This document shows, in pieces, positions 1-9,275 of a DNA stretch of 64,000 nucleotides. The stretch's first letter is position 1, and each line of letters starts with the position of its first letter. The notes below the pieces were generated by a model that was given only the letters and a program-made list of their open reading frames with translations, made no database searches and was not told the DNA's origin. The DNA lies in the IMG/VR virus record IMGVR_UViG_3300006990_000018. The stretch is one strand, 5' to 3'. This DNA is from an uncultured virus (IMG/VR IMGVR_UViG_3300006990_000018). Its lineage: Duplodnaviria > Heunggongvirae > Uroviricota > Caudoviricetes. Position numbers and translations under genes: made by a program.

Positions 1-1
1 C

Positions 2-118
2 ACCATGACCAGCGACGACCCAACCACCTACGCCGCCGTAGGGGGCACGGCCTCGCTGACTGGCGTGGTGGACGCCCGTGCTGGGCGCCTGTTCCTGCCG
101 TTGTTCGTGAAACGATAG
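2..118 (+). CDS. 3' end of a gene truncated by the window edge
   Basis: Open frame ending at TAG 116-118, directly before the next promoter. Confidence 0.45.
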   Translation, partial: TMTSDDPTTYAAVGGTASLTGVVDARAGRLFLPLFVKR

Positions 119-155
119 GCATACCTATATATAGGGGAACCCCCTACGATTAAAC
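119..155 (+). promoter_or_regulatory. Archaeal-type BRE/TATA promoter with a conserved initiator (type example of the repeated promoter family)
   Basis: CGATACC-TATATATA-GGGG...CTACGATTAAAC-ATG; the same architecture recurs before many ORFs. Confidence 0.8.
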
Positions 156-428
156 ATGAGCCAACACATGAGCATCCTGTCCGAAGAAGAATACACTTGG
201 GCCGCCCGCGCCCTTGAGCGCCTGCAAGATATGCCGACATGGACCGAGAACCCCGACGGGACTTGGACCGAGCACCCAGCCATCTTCCCCTTCATGGAAG
301 GGTTTGAGGCCCACATGGCCATCGCCATTGGCGAGTTCGCCTCCTTCTCCGAATACCGTGAGGCTCTCATGGACGCATACGGCTGGGACCGCCTTCGTGA
401 GGAACTCGGCGACGACCCTTGGTTTTGA
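156..428 (+). CDS. Hypothetical protein, paralog of 2504..2728
   Basis: Leaderless ATG after a promoter; shares EEYTW..RALERL..DGTWTEHPA.FPFMEGFEA.MAIA.GEF with its paralog. Confidence 0.8.
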   Translation: MSQHMSILSEEEYTWAARALERLQDMPTWTENPDGTWTEHPAIFPFMEGFEAHMAIAIGEFASFSEYREALMDAYGWDRLREELGDDPWF

Positions 429-469
429 GAGCGAAACGGTCATAACCGTGGGGTTGCCGTTCAAGACCC

Positions 470-1771
470 ATGAGGGTCCTGTGGTGCTCTGAGCAACCAA
501 CCCGACCGACGGGCTATGGCGTAGTCTCCCGAGAGTTCGTGAAGCGCCTCGTTGAGCGTGGCCACGAGGTCTATGTCATGGGCTGGGACTATCACGGCGA
601 GGACTTCAAGCACGAGGAAGGCTGGACGCTGGTGCACGCTGGGAGTCGCTTCGGTGGCGACCCGCTGGTTGGCGCCGCCACCACGATGGACTACAACCTC
701 AACCGCCTCAAGCCCGATGTGGTGTTCAGTCTTGCCGATGTGTGGAACACAGGAGCCATAGTGAAGTCCTGCAATCGCTTCGGAATTGCTCATGTCTCCT
801 ATCTCCCGATTGACGGCAAGGACATTCCACGAGCATGGACGGACACCCTCAAAATGACCCATACGCCCCTGTGGATGAGCCAGCATGGGCGCCAACAGTT
901 CCAAGCCTACATTGACCGCTTCCATAGCAAGGGAGCGGCCTCAGAGGCCCTTAGAGACCCTTTCCTTGACCGATTCGCTCCGCCATTCTTCACAGAGGTG
1001 CTCTATCATGGCGTGGACTTGGACCTGTTCAAGCCCGTGGTGCAGACTCAAAAAGACGAGTGGCGTGAAGCCCTCGGTCTCGGCAAGTGGAAAACCGTGT
1101 TCCTCTCGGTCGCTCGCAACGGCAACAGGAAGCAACAACCACGCCTCCTTGAAGGCTTCAAGGAGATGCTCAGCAGGGTGGAGAACCCCGAGGAAGTAGG
1201 TCTCATCCTGCACACGGGAGACCCCACCAATATGATGGGCCTTGGCGGTTGGAACCTCCCCGAGATGGTCCGTGAGATGGGTCTTGAGGGCAACATCACC
1301 TTCTCAGACCCAAGCGCCAATCCACTCCTCGGCATGAAGCGAGAGGACATGGCCAAGTTGTTCGCTATGTCCGATTGTCATGTGATGGCTACGGGTGGCG
1401 AGGGCTTCGGCATTCCCACCGTTGAGGCGATGGCCTGCGGCATTCCTGTTATCCTCCCCAATAACTCCACGGGACCCGAGTTCATCGGCAAAGGCGCTAA
1501 GACGATGCGAGGCAAATTGGTGAAGAACGATGCGGAAATAGTCGGACCAAGCGGCGTCAAAATGTCGCTGGTCTCCATCAAGGCGCTCGCTGACGCTCTC
1601 CAATGGATGGTTGAGCACCCAGCAAAGCGTCAAGCCATGGGGGCACGCGCCCGCAGGTGGGCTGAGAAGCAGTTTGGCTGGGACAAACTCACCGACCAAT
1701 TAGAGATAACCCTTGAAAAAGCAAGCAATACTCCCCACCCACATGGGAACAATAGCGTGGTGAAATCATGA
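470..1771 (+). CDS. GT-B fold glycosyltransferase (GT4 family)
   Basis: N-terminal PTGYG motif, HGVDLDLFKP, EGFGIPTVEAMACGIPVI, F.WD C-terminus. Confidence 0.92.
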   Translation: MRVLWCSEQPTRPTGYGVVSREFVKRLVERGHEVYVMGWDYHGEDFKHEEGWTLVHAGSRFGGDPLVGAATTMDYNLNRLKPDVVFSLADVWNTGAIVKSCNRFGIAHVSYLPIDGKDIPRAWTDTLKMTHTPLWMSQHGRQQFQAYIDRFHSKGAASEALRDPFLDRFAPPFFTEVLYHGVDLDLFKPVVQTQKDEWREALGLGKWKTVFLSVARNGNRKQQPRLLEGFKEMLSRVENPEEVGLILHTGDPTNMMGLGGWNLPEMVREMGLEGNITFSDPSANPLLGMKREDMAKLFAMSDCHVMATGGEGFGIPTVEAMACGIPVILPNNSTGPEFIGKGAKTMRGKLVKNDAEIVGPSGVKMSLVSIKALADALQWMVEHPAKRQAMGARARRWAEKQFGWDKLTDQLEITLEKASNTPHPHGNNSVVKS

Positions 1772-2160
1772 GCAAGAAGAAGGAGATTCAAGGTCGCAAG
1801 GGCGGCAAGAAGAAGGAGATTGACCGACTCAAAGGGCGAAAGTGCACCGAGAAGTGCAAGATTCATGGCGAGCCTTGTGGCGTTGTCATGCGCTACAAAG
1901 ACCCGCAAATCCAAGCCACTCTTGACCTACTCCAATCAATCTCTGGCGCCCCACGGCACGGCAAGGATTCACCGTTCCACTATTGTGAACTGTGCTCTAT
2001 GGCTCTGCGTCAAAACCGACCACTCAACGCATTCGCTCGCCGCCCAAACGGCACCATTTATCTCAAGCACGCAGGCAAGAACCGCTTCGTCGGCAACGAG
2101 ACTGGCGAACTCGTCATGGTGGACGACGAGGACTACGAAGAGGAGCGGGAAGAAGAATAG
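1768..2160 (+). CDS. Hypothetical Cys/His-rich protein
   Basis: Overlaps the upstream stop; basic N-terminus, CxxxC and HxCxxC motifs, acidic tail. Confidence 0.7.
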   Translation: MSKKKEIQGRKGGKKKEIDRLKGRKCTEKCKIHGEPCGVVMRYKDPQIQATLDLLQSISGAPRHGKDSPFHYCELCSMALRQNRPLNAFARRPNGTIYLKHAGKNRFVGNETGELVMVDDEDYEEEREEE

Positions 2161-2198
2161 GCGCAACCTTAATATAGGTGGGGGACTGATGCTTAGTT

Positions 2199-2477
2199 AT
2201 GAGCAAAGAACAAGTCCCCACGCTACACAAGAAATGCACCGACTGCGACCGATACCCCCGATACGCTTCAACGGTCGGGTGCTGGAATAGGGACTTCGTG
2301 TGCAATTGCACCGAAGGCAACATGCTGAACAAAGACGGGCGACGAGTGCACCGAATCCATATCGGGCGATACGAGGACTTCATCGGACGCCCCCCACGCA
2401 GGGACACCGATGACCCCGAAGTCGCAGACCCCCTGCCTCCAACGGGTGGCGATGAAAACCAATATGCGATGCTTTAA
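2199..2477 (+). CDS. Small Cys-rich (Zn-finger-like) protein
   Basis: Own TTAATATAGG promoter; CxxC..C..CxC. Confidence 0.65.
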   Translation: MSKEQVPTLHKKCTDCDRYPRYASTVGCWNRDFVCNCTEGNMLNKDGRRVHRIHIGRYEDFIGRPPRRDTDDPEVADPLPPTGGDENQYAML

Positions 2478-2503
2478 TATAGGGGAACCCCCTACGGTTA
2501 AAC

Positions 2504-2728
2504 ATGACCAACCTAACCGACGAAGAATACACTTGGACCATCCGTGCCCTTGAACGCCTGCACGATATGAACTTCATCACATGGACTGAGCGAGACGGGA
2601 CATGGACTGAGCACCCAGCCCTGTTCCCATTCATGGAAGGGTTTGAGGCTAACATGGCCATCGCCGTTGGAGAGTTCTCCTCATGGTCCGAATACCGTTC
2701 GGCTCTCGCTTGGGCCGCTTTTGAATGA
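2504..2728 (+). CDS. Hypothetical protein, paralog of 156..428
   Basis: Near-identical promoter and clear DNA and protein similarity to 156..428. Confidence 0.8.
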   Translation: MTNLTDEEYTWTIRALERLHDMNFITWTERDGTWTEHPALFPFMEGFEANMAIAVGEFSSWSEYRSALAWAAFE

Positions 2729-2764
2729 GCACCGTTATGAACCAGCGGGCTTAGAACAAGTCCC

Positions 2765-5700
2765 ATGGCGGTCCCCGCTACGCGTGCCGACCTCATCCCA
2801 CCCGTGGGTGCTGGGGCTGGCTTGCCGCTCACTCTCGTGTGGGCGGACGACCTCACCGACGCTGGCGGCGCTGGAACCGAAGGCTACGCCTTATTTGATT
2901 CGGGTTTGTGGAAGCCGCAGTCTGAAACGACTCTGGGCGTCCCAATCGCCGTCTCGGGAGCCTCCGTCTCCTACGCTCATGGGACCTTGCTGGATTTTGC
3001 CTCCATGAACTTCCTCGGCTTGACCGCTGAGACAGAGGCACCACGATTGAACTTTGGAAACGGTCGCCTTGAGCACGGACAAGCCATGCAAGACGCTGGG
3101 TTCGGTCGGCACTCCGCTTCCAACATGCGCTCGTTCGCTCCTGCGGCAACGGCAACCATCACCGAAGTCGGTCGCCATGTGGAGCACCCTATGAGGTCGC
3201 ATACCTCCGCCCGCCCTGCGAACCACACTTGGTTTCAGCCACGACACAACGCCATGGCCAACGCCGCCATGCCGTCCTATGACCTACAAATCGGCTCGCT
3301 CGTTGATGCTGATGTTGGGTCAATTGGGACGGTGGAAGCGTTCACCCACCGAGTCGCCACGGACCTTCCATCCAACGGCGTGGGAGCCACCTATGGAGAC
3401 TCGCATAACTCAGCCTACCTGTCGTCTCTATGGTCATGCACACTCAACAATATGTCGTTGGCCAGCGGCCTACAACCCGCCGAGTTCAAGTCCACCGACC
3501 CCAAGGCATTCTCGTCTCATTGGGGAACCAATCTCCAAGTTCAACAGGAGGTCATGGTGAGCGGCACCCCATTGAGCGCCCCTGATGCCCAGAACACAGC
3601 CCCCTCTCACGGACTTATTGACGGGGATAGGCTGACCCTTCCTGCGGAGACGACGCAGACAATCATGGTCAGCGACATTCACACCGAGACGGGGACTACG
3701 GCTCAAGAGGAATTGACCTTCCCACTTGGAGCGGCCTACCTCGGGAACCATGTTGTCGCTGACACCTGTGGTCTCATCGGTTATGAAGGGGTATTTTCAG
3801 CAACAGCGTTTGCGAGCGTCTCACGCAACGCCAACGCTCCCTTTGTTGTTGCACCCCCAGCACACCCCCTCATACCCGACACGGCTTGGAATGAGGACGG
3901 AGCGGCCCTCTATGCGGGATTGAACATTCAAGTCCATAGCGGCCTCCCCTTGCGTCGCAACGGAATGTCATGGAATACCGCCAGCGAACCCCTATTCGTC
4001 TATGGAAGCGATGGAACGGCAGTCATGCCTATGACCGAGGGGATGAGCACTACGGGCGCCCGCTCGTCATTCAAAGGCGCTTCGTTCACGCTGAACGCTA
4101 ATCAAACCCGATTCCACACGGGGCGCGTCGTCCACCACACACAAGGCGGCAATATCAACGACCTGTCGGTCCCTACGCTCAATTCTCAAACCACGGGTGG
4201 GTCAGCCGCCCCAAGCGCAACAACGACGAGCAAGGGGCCTTCTCGCTTCATTCTCGGGGACTCCTACACCTCGGGGGCATGGACGGCCACCGTGAACCTC
4301 TCGCAGGAGTTCCTCAAGGACCGCATCCCAACCAAGGTGAAGGTCGTCCCAACCCTGCTGGGCTATGACGAGGTTAGCGTGGCCGCAGGAGCCAGCCATC
4401 CATCATCTGACCCCATCACCTTCAAGCGCCCTATCGTGGATTATCATGTGCTGGTGAGCCTTTCGCCCAAGGACCGCATCAACGCCACCGTGAACCTCAC
4501 GAACTCACGCATTGGGAACCCAACCGCTCGGAACTTCCCCCAAGCGAGCCGTCTAACGGCCAACATGGACCTTGAGGACGAAGGGTGTGAAATCTTCCAT
4601 GCGGTGTTCCGCGTGGCTCCTACGACGCTTGAGAGGGTCTTTTTTGACCCGTTGAGTCCGTCCGCCGCTACTTGGGGTGTGAACACATCGGATTCGGAGA
4701 TGCCGAACACGGTCATGCCTCGCCACGACGCCGACTTCGGTGGCTGGGGCCTGCATCAATTGACACCGTTCCGCCCAATAGCGAACACCTCATGGGCGCA
4801 GGTTCCTCTCCTATGCGCCGCCATAGAGTCGGGTGGCTATTATCAGAGGGGAGGGGTCTCACACCTGTGGGATGCTGACACCTACGGCAAGGAACTCTTC
4901 GTCTCTGCTGACGCCATAGACGCCAGCCACTTTGAGGACTCGGTGTGGGGCAACGGGCAAGTGTGGGCTGACGGCACGGGTGCGCTCGCCAATCCACGGG
5001 GGAGCGAACTGCTGGTGTTCAAATACAACCCCTCCCTTGACGCTTTCCATGTCAATAACCACACCACGCCAACGACAACTCCGCTCTATGAACTCGCCAC
5101 GACGCACACCACGAGCGAACAGTCCAGCGCCATAACCGTCTCGGACAAGTTCAAGCAATATGAGGGCTGGTCAATCCACGATTGGGTATTCCCTCAAATT
5201 GAACTCATGCGATACCTCGGACGAGAGGACAAAGCGGCCGCTATGCACCCTCGGCATAGCGCCAACACGGGCGGAGACCCCCTGTTCCATCCGACGCTTC
5301 ATTGTTCATCTCTGCGCTTCATGGACGACGGACGCATGGCCATGGCGGCAGTCCAGCGAGACCACATCGGGAGCGAGGAGGAATACCCAGCAAGCGACAT
5401 CAATTATCCGTTCAACCCCGAGAGTGGGTCGGGTTCGGGGTGCCCCGCTGGCTACTATCGGAGTGGCGACACCTGCGTGCCGATTTCATCGGGAGACAAC
5501 CCCAACACGGAGTCGGAACACCTTGACCCTATCACGGGTGAGGTCATTGATGGGCCACCTCCTACACCCGATAACGGCAACGGAGAGGGGCATGTTGGTG
5601 GCGGTGATAACTTCAATTTGTCCCCATCATGGAGTCGCATCGTAGCGAACACATCGGGTCGTTCGCTGGTGCTCATGTGGAGCGAAGCCAAGGCGTTGAA

Positions 5701-8700
5701 CGGCAAGGCGCAAGGTGGGCGTGCCCTCTTTGAAGCCGAGGCGAAAACGATTGACGGAGACACATACTACACCCAAAATTGGACCTACAACGACTCGTGG
5801 TGGAGCGGCTCTCGCATCTCGTATTGGTATCAAGAAAGCGGTCAGCGGGCTATCCCTATCACCTATGGTTCCTACCCCGAAGTGCGTATGTCGCACGCCA
5901 ACCTGCCCCGTTGCCTGCCCCACCTGTTCACGAGCGGAGTGGTGCATGGCTATCCACTCCTCCAACCGATTGACCGCATCAGCACACCTGCTCCCATCCG
6001 AGATGTGGCGGGGACCGACGCTTGGGCGCAGGAGCGCTACGACTTCCTCCGCCGAACGCGATTCGTCCCCACGACGATTGGCTTCGCCGACTTCGGTGCT
6101 GGTGCAAATCCGCATCAAGAAATGGGCTGGTCTGGATGGTCGTTCCCACAGGGGCTATACGACCCAATAGGGTTCGGGAACAACACGGTGTTCTTCTCTG
6201 ACGCTCCCGAATCACTTGCAGTCGCAGATGGAGTCGCCATCACTCCGTCGTCGCAGGGCCAATGGGCGGGCTTCGCCTCGTCCATCGCATTCGGGCACAT
6301 GACGGGACCGATGACTGCGTTCAGCCACCACGGACCGCTCCACTACGGCATCATGAGCGCCGACCACCCATTCAAACCCGACCGAGTATGGAAGCAGGTT
6401 CACGGCGGCGTAGGCTATGACATTCCCCTTCACCTACTGGCCCCAGCCGAGGTCCATGTGCGCGCCCGTGCGGGTGGGCGGAACTCGCTTGACCTTGAAA
6501 TGGAGACTCCGTTCCACCGAACGGACACCTTGCACCTTGACGGAGCGGCCCTGTTCAATGTCGGGTTTGACCAAGGGGGCAAGGCGACGCCCGACGCCAG
6601 CCGAACTCAATTGGGACAATATCACCTGCGGACCAACCTTTGGACCGACGATTCTCGCAAGGCAGGGGCGCTCACAGGCGGCCTTTTGACCACGGATAGG
6701 GTGAGGGGGCCTACGGTCTCGGGAAACGGCTTAGAGGCGTTTTGGAATGACCATCCGACCGAACACTTCCACGCTGGTGCAATCCCCATCATGCCGAGCA
6801 CCGACTACGATTTGAACACGATTGAGAACGAGCGCTACGCCCCAGCAATTCTCGGTCGCATCCATGAAATCAGCAACCTTGACTATGTAGCCGTCGCCGA
6901 GCAATTGCAGTCGTCCGTTGATGTTCATGTCTCTCAAGGGGCACGGCCGATGTGGGACTCGGGTTCAATTGTGAGCGGGCGTGGAGTCGGAGAGCGAGAC
7001 ACCACCACAGCGTCCAGCGTCTCTCAAGTTCGGAGTGAAATGAACGGCGAGGACATTCCAACTGCTTCCGAGTCGGCTACAAGCCACGATAACGGGATGG
7101 GCAAGGGTCAGCGAGTGGTTCGCACACCCGAGGGCACCTTGCACATTTTCCCGATTGAACGGTCGGGGCAAGCATCATCCAGCAACCTCCCACGCTTTGT
7201 TCACTACACGAAACCGTTGCACGGCGACCTGTTTTGGAACAGGAAAGCACTCAAAGCCAACCCATCCAACGCCACCTATGACGGCAAGGATGAGGTGGGG
7301 TATTTCCTCGGAGCAAGTGATGTGCTTCGGTCGGCTACATTCGCAAGCGACAGCGACGGCACGATTCACGCCGTCGTGGAAGTGCAACTCTCAACCGCCT
7401 CACCAAACCACAGCCTGTATTATCACTACGCAAAGCGGAAATTGGTTTCCTATAACCCACATCCAATCTATGAGTGGGATTGGTCCGAGCACACACCCGT
7501 TTTGATTGGAACCTTGAGCCACGACCTACGCCAACCATCGCTCGTGTGCGACTCCAATGACCGCCTGCACTTGGTCGCCCGCTATGTCTCGGACTCCTAT
7601 TCCCACATCGTCTATGGGAGCAAATTGCCGAGCGAGGACGAGTTCCCAGCCATGCCCGCCTTCGTCCAAGACCCCGCTGAGTGGGACACCAACATTTGGA
7701 GCAAGGTGAACAAGTCGCTGGTCGCTGGCTTTGTTGTGGCGAGCGACAACTCTGACGCAGGCACATCCCATGGGGTGATTGACTGCGATAACCCAAAGGT
7801 GTGTTTGCTTGGGGACGATACCCCGTTCGTGTTTTTCAGAGCAGGTGCGGCGGCTGAATCGGCAACGCTGGGAGACCGAGCCAACGACGCCATCTATGTG
7901 AACATTGGACGCAACGATACGGGTGCCTACGACCCAGCGGGTCGGTATCGGTTTAACGGCAACTTGGCCATGCACGCCATTGGCGTCCACGGAACGGCTC
8001 AATACCCCAGCACCAAGGTCATTTACTACGACGCCATCATTGACGAGCGAGACCGAGCCTTCATCACGGTAGTCAAAGACGATAATGGCCGACGGGTCTT
8101 GATGAACTCATTTGACGCATCGCTCCCCTTGACGGACCAATACACCACGGCCAAGGGCCTCGGCTTAACCAAGGCCCTGTTCATCCCCAAGAACACCACC
8201 GTCCGCCCGAACTATCAGCACATCACGACGACGACCAACGGCAAGGGCGAGGTTCACATGATTCTTGGATTCACCCTTAGCGGCGATGTGGAGCAGGCGA
8301 CTGCGATATACCGAGATGGAATCACCGAGGCCACCATAGCACCCCTTCAATGGGCTACAACGCCAGCCAGCGACTCCACGGCTACACCACCCGCCGCCAT
8401 GTCCGACGGAGGCGGCTACGAGGCTCCTGTGAGCGCCAGCGACTATGAGTGGCCCGACGGGGGAACCCACCTCACCCCAACCACGGGAACCATCACCCAC
8501 TTCATGGAGGTGTGGATGCCGACCTTTGAGTTCAGCCAAGATGTGTCGGACCCAGACGAAGTGCTCCGCTCAATCAACATTCGCTGGCTCTCCGTGCCCT
8601 CGTTGAACTACGACGCAACCAACGGCTGGTTCCCTGTTGGGTCAGCACAGTCGCTCAACGGACACGAGGACTTCACCCACACAAACCCACAATTGAGGTA

Positions 8701-8881
8701 TCAGAGGTATTGGGGCTTTGATGCTGGTGAACTTGACCTGCGATGGGCGACCAACGAACAATCGTGGATGAACACCCCACACGGCGGTTCTCGGGTTTAT
8801 TTCCCCTACGCTGGCGGTTCATTCACGACCGTTGGCGAGGGTGAAATTGAAGGCGACGGCATCGCTGGTTGGCCTATTTGA
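2765..8881 (+). CDS. Giant (2038 aa) putative virion tail/receptor-binding protein
   Basis: Long ORF rich in G/T/S/P; propeller-like DSDGTIHAV and DSNDRLHLV motifs; function inferred. Confidence 0.6.
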   Translation: MAVPATRADLIPPVGAGAGLPLTLVWADDLTDAGGAGTEGYALFDSGLWKPQSETTLGVPIAVSGASVSYAHGTLLDFASMNFLGLTAETEAPRLNFGNGRLEHGQAMQDAGFGRHSASNMRSFAPAATATITEVGRHVEHPMRSHTSARPANHTWFQPRHNAMANAAMPSYDLQIGSLVDADVGSIGTVEAFTHRVATDLPSNGVGATYGDSHNSAYLSSLWSCTLNNMSLASGLQPAEFKSTDPKAFSSHWGTNLQVQQEVMVSGTPLSAPDAQNTAPSHGLIDGDRLTLPAETTQTIMVSDIHTETGTTAQEELTFPLGAAYLGNHVVADTCGLIGYEGVFSATAFASVSRNANAPFVVAPPAHPLIPDTAWNEDGAALYAGLNIQVHSGLPLRRNGMSWNTASEPLFVYGSDGTAVMPMTEGMSTTGARSSFKGASFTLNANQTRFHTGRVVHHTQGGNINDLSVPTLNSQTTGGSAAPSATTTSKGPSRFILGDSYTSGAWTATVNLSQEFLKDRIPTKVKVVPTLLGYDEVSVAAGASHPSSDPITFKRPIVDYHVLVSLSPKDRINATVNLTNSRIGNPTARNFPQASRLTANMDLEDEGCEIFHAVFRVAPTTLERVFFDPLSPSAATWGVNTSDSEMPNTVMPRHDADFGGWGLHQLTPFRPIANTSWAQVPLLCAAIESGGYYQRGGVSHLWDADTYGKELFVSADAIDASHFEDSVWGNGQVWADGTGALANPRGSELLVFKYNPSLDAFHVNNHTTPTTTPLYELATTHTTSEQSSAITVSDKFKQYEGWSIHDWVFPQIELMRYLGREDKAAAMHPRHSANTGGDPLFHPTLHCSSLRFMDDGRMAMAAVQRDHIGSEEEYPASDINYPFNPESGSGSGCPAGYYRSGDTCVPISSGDNPNTESEHLDPITGEVIDGPPPTPDNGNGEGHVGGGDNFNLSPSWSRIVANTSGRSLVLMWSEAKALNGKAQGGRALFEAEAKTIDGDTYYTQNWTYNDSWWSGSRISYWYQESGQRAIPITYGSYPEVRMSHANLPRCLPHLFTSGVVHGYPLLQPIDRISTPAPIRDVAGTDAWAQERYDFLRRTRFVPTTIGFADFGAGANPHQEMGWSGWSFPQGLYDPIGFGNNTVFFSDAPESLAVADGVAITPSSQGQWAGFASSIAFGHMTGPMTAFSHHGPLHYGIMSADHPFKPDRVWKQVHGGVGYDIPLHLLAPAEVHVRARAGGRNSLDLEMETPFHRTDTLHLDGAALFNVGFDQGGKATPDASRTQLGQYHLRTNLWTDDSRKAGALTGGLLTTDRVRGPTVSGNGLEAFWNDHPTEHFHAGAIPIMPSTDYDLNTIENERYAPAILGRIHEISNLDYVAVAEQLQSSVDVHVSQGARPMWDSGSIVSGRGVGERDTTTASSVSQVRSEMNGEDIPTASESATSHDNGMGKGQRVVRTPEGTLHIFPIERSGQASSSNLPRFVHYTKPLHGDLFWNRKALKANPSNATYDGKDEVGYFLGASDVLRSATFASDSDGTIHAVVEVQLSTASPNHSLYYHYAKRKLVSYNPHPIYEWDWSEHTPVLIGTLSHDLRQPSLVCDSNDRLHLVARYVSDSYSHIVYGSKLPSEDEFPAMPAFVQDPAEWDTNIWSKVNKSLVAGFVVASDNSDAGTSHGVIDCDNPKVCLLGDDTPFVFFRAGAAAESATLGDRANDAIYVNIGRNDTGAYDPAGRYRFNGNLAMHAIGVHGTAQYPSTKVIYYDAIIDERDRAFITVVKDDNGRRVLMNSFDASLPLTDQYTTAKGLGLTKALFIPKNTTVRPNYQHITTTTNGKGEVHMILGFTLSGDVEQATAIYRDGITEATIAPLQWATTPASDSTATPPAAMSDGGGYEAPVSASDYEWPDGGTHLTPTTGTITHFMEVWMPTFEFSQDVSDPDEVLRSINIRWLSVPSLNYDATNGWFPVGSAQSLNGHEDFTHTNPQLRYQRYWGFDAGELDLRWATNEQSWMNTPHGGSRVYFPYAGGSFTTVGEGEIEGDGIAGWPI

Positions 8882-9016
8882 AGCAATAGTCGCAGTCTCA
8901 AACCTTGGTCCGTTTGGCCCACTTTTTTCCGTTCTTTATATACTGTCGCGTGTTTCCTTTGTCCGACACCTTAATATAGGGGGACCTCCTACGGTTAAAC
9001 AGAGGAGAGAAGAAAC

Positions 9017-9244
9017 ATGACCTATGTGCACGGACTCGGAGACGCCCAAGAACGAATGACCTACGAGGATAACACCCCTCGTGCCCCAATGTGCAAGTGT
9101 TGCGGGACAAAAACCGAATACGAGGAGAAGCGCCAAACAGGCTGTGTTGATGTCTATGTGTTCTTTTGCCCTCGTGGTGCCTGCGAGTCGTATGGTCAAG
9201 AACAAATCATCGCCATTGACCTTGACGAACTCTATGGCTACTGA
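9017..9244 (+). CDS. Small Zn-ribbon protein
   Basis: Family promoter plus a short purine-rich leader; CxxC...CPxxxC. Confidence 0.7.
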   Translation: MTYVHGLGDAQERMTYEDNTPRAPMCKCCGTKTEYEEKRQTGCVDVYVFFCPRGACESYGQEQIIAIDLDELYGY

Positions 9245-9275
9245 GCCTAAATAGGTGGGGACACCTACAAGGGCC

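Noticed and set aside
156..2728. Diversity-generating retroelement TR/VR pair
   Set aside because: Differences between the copies are not adenine-specific, both copies have promoters and intact ORFs, and no reverse transcriptase is in the window
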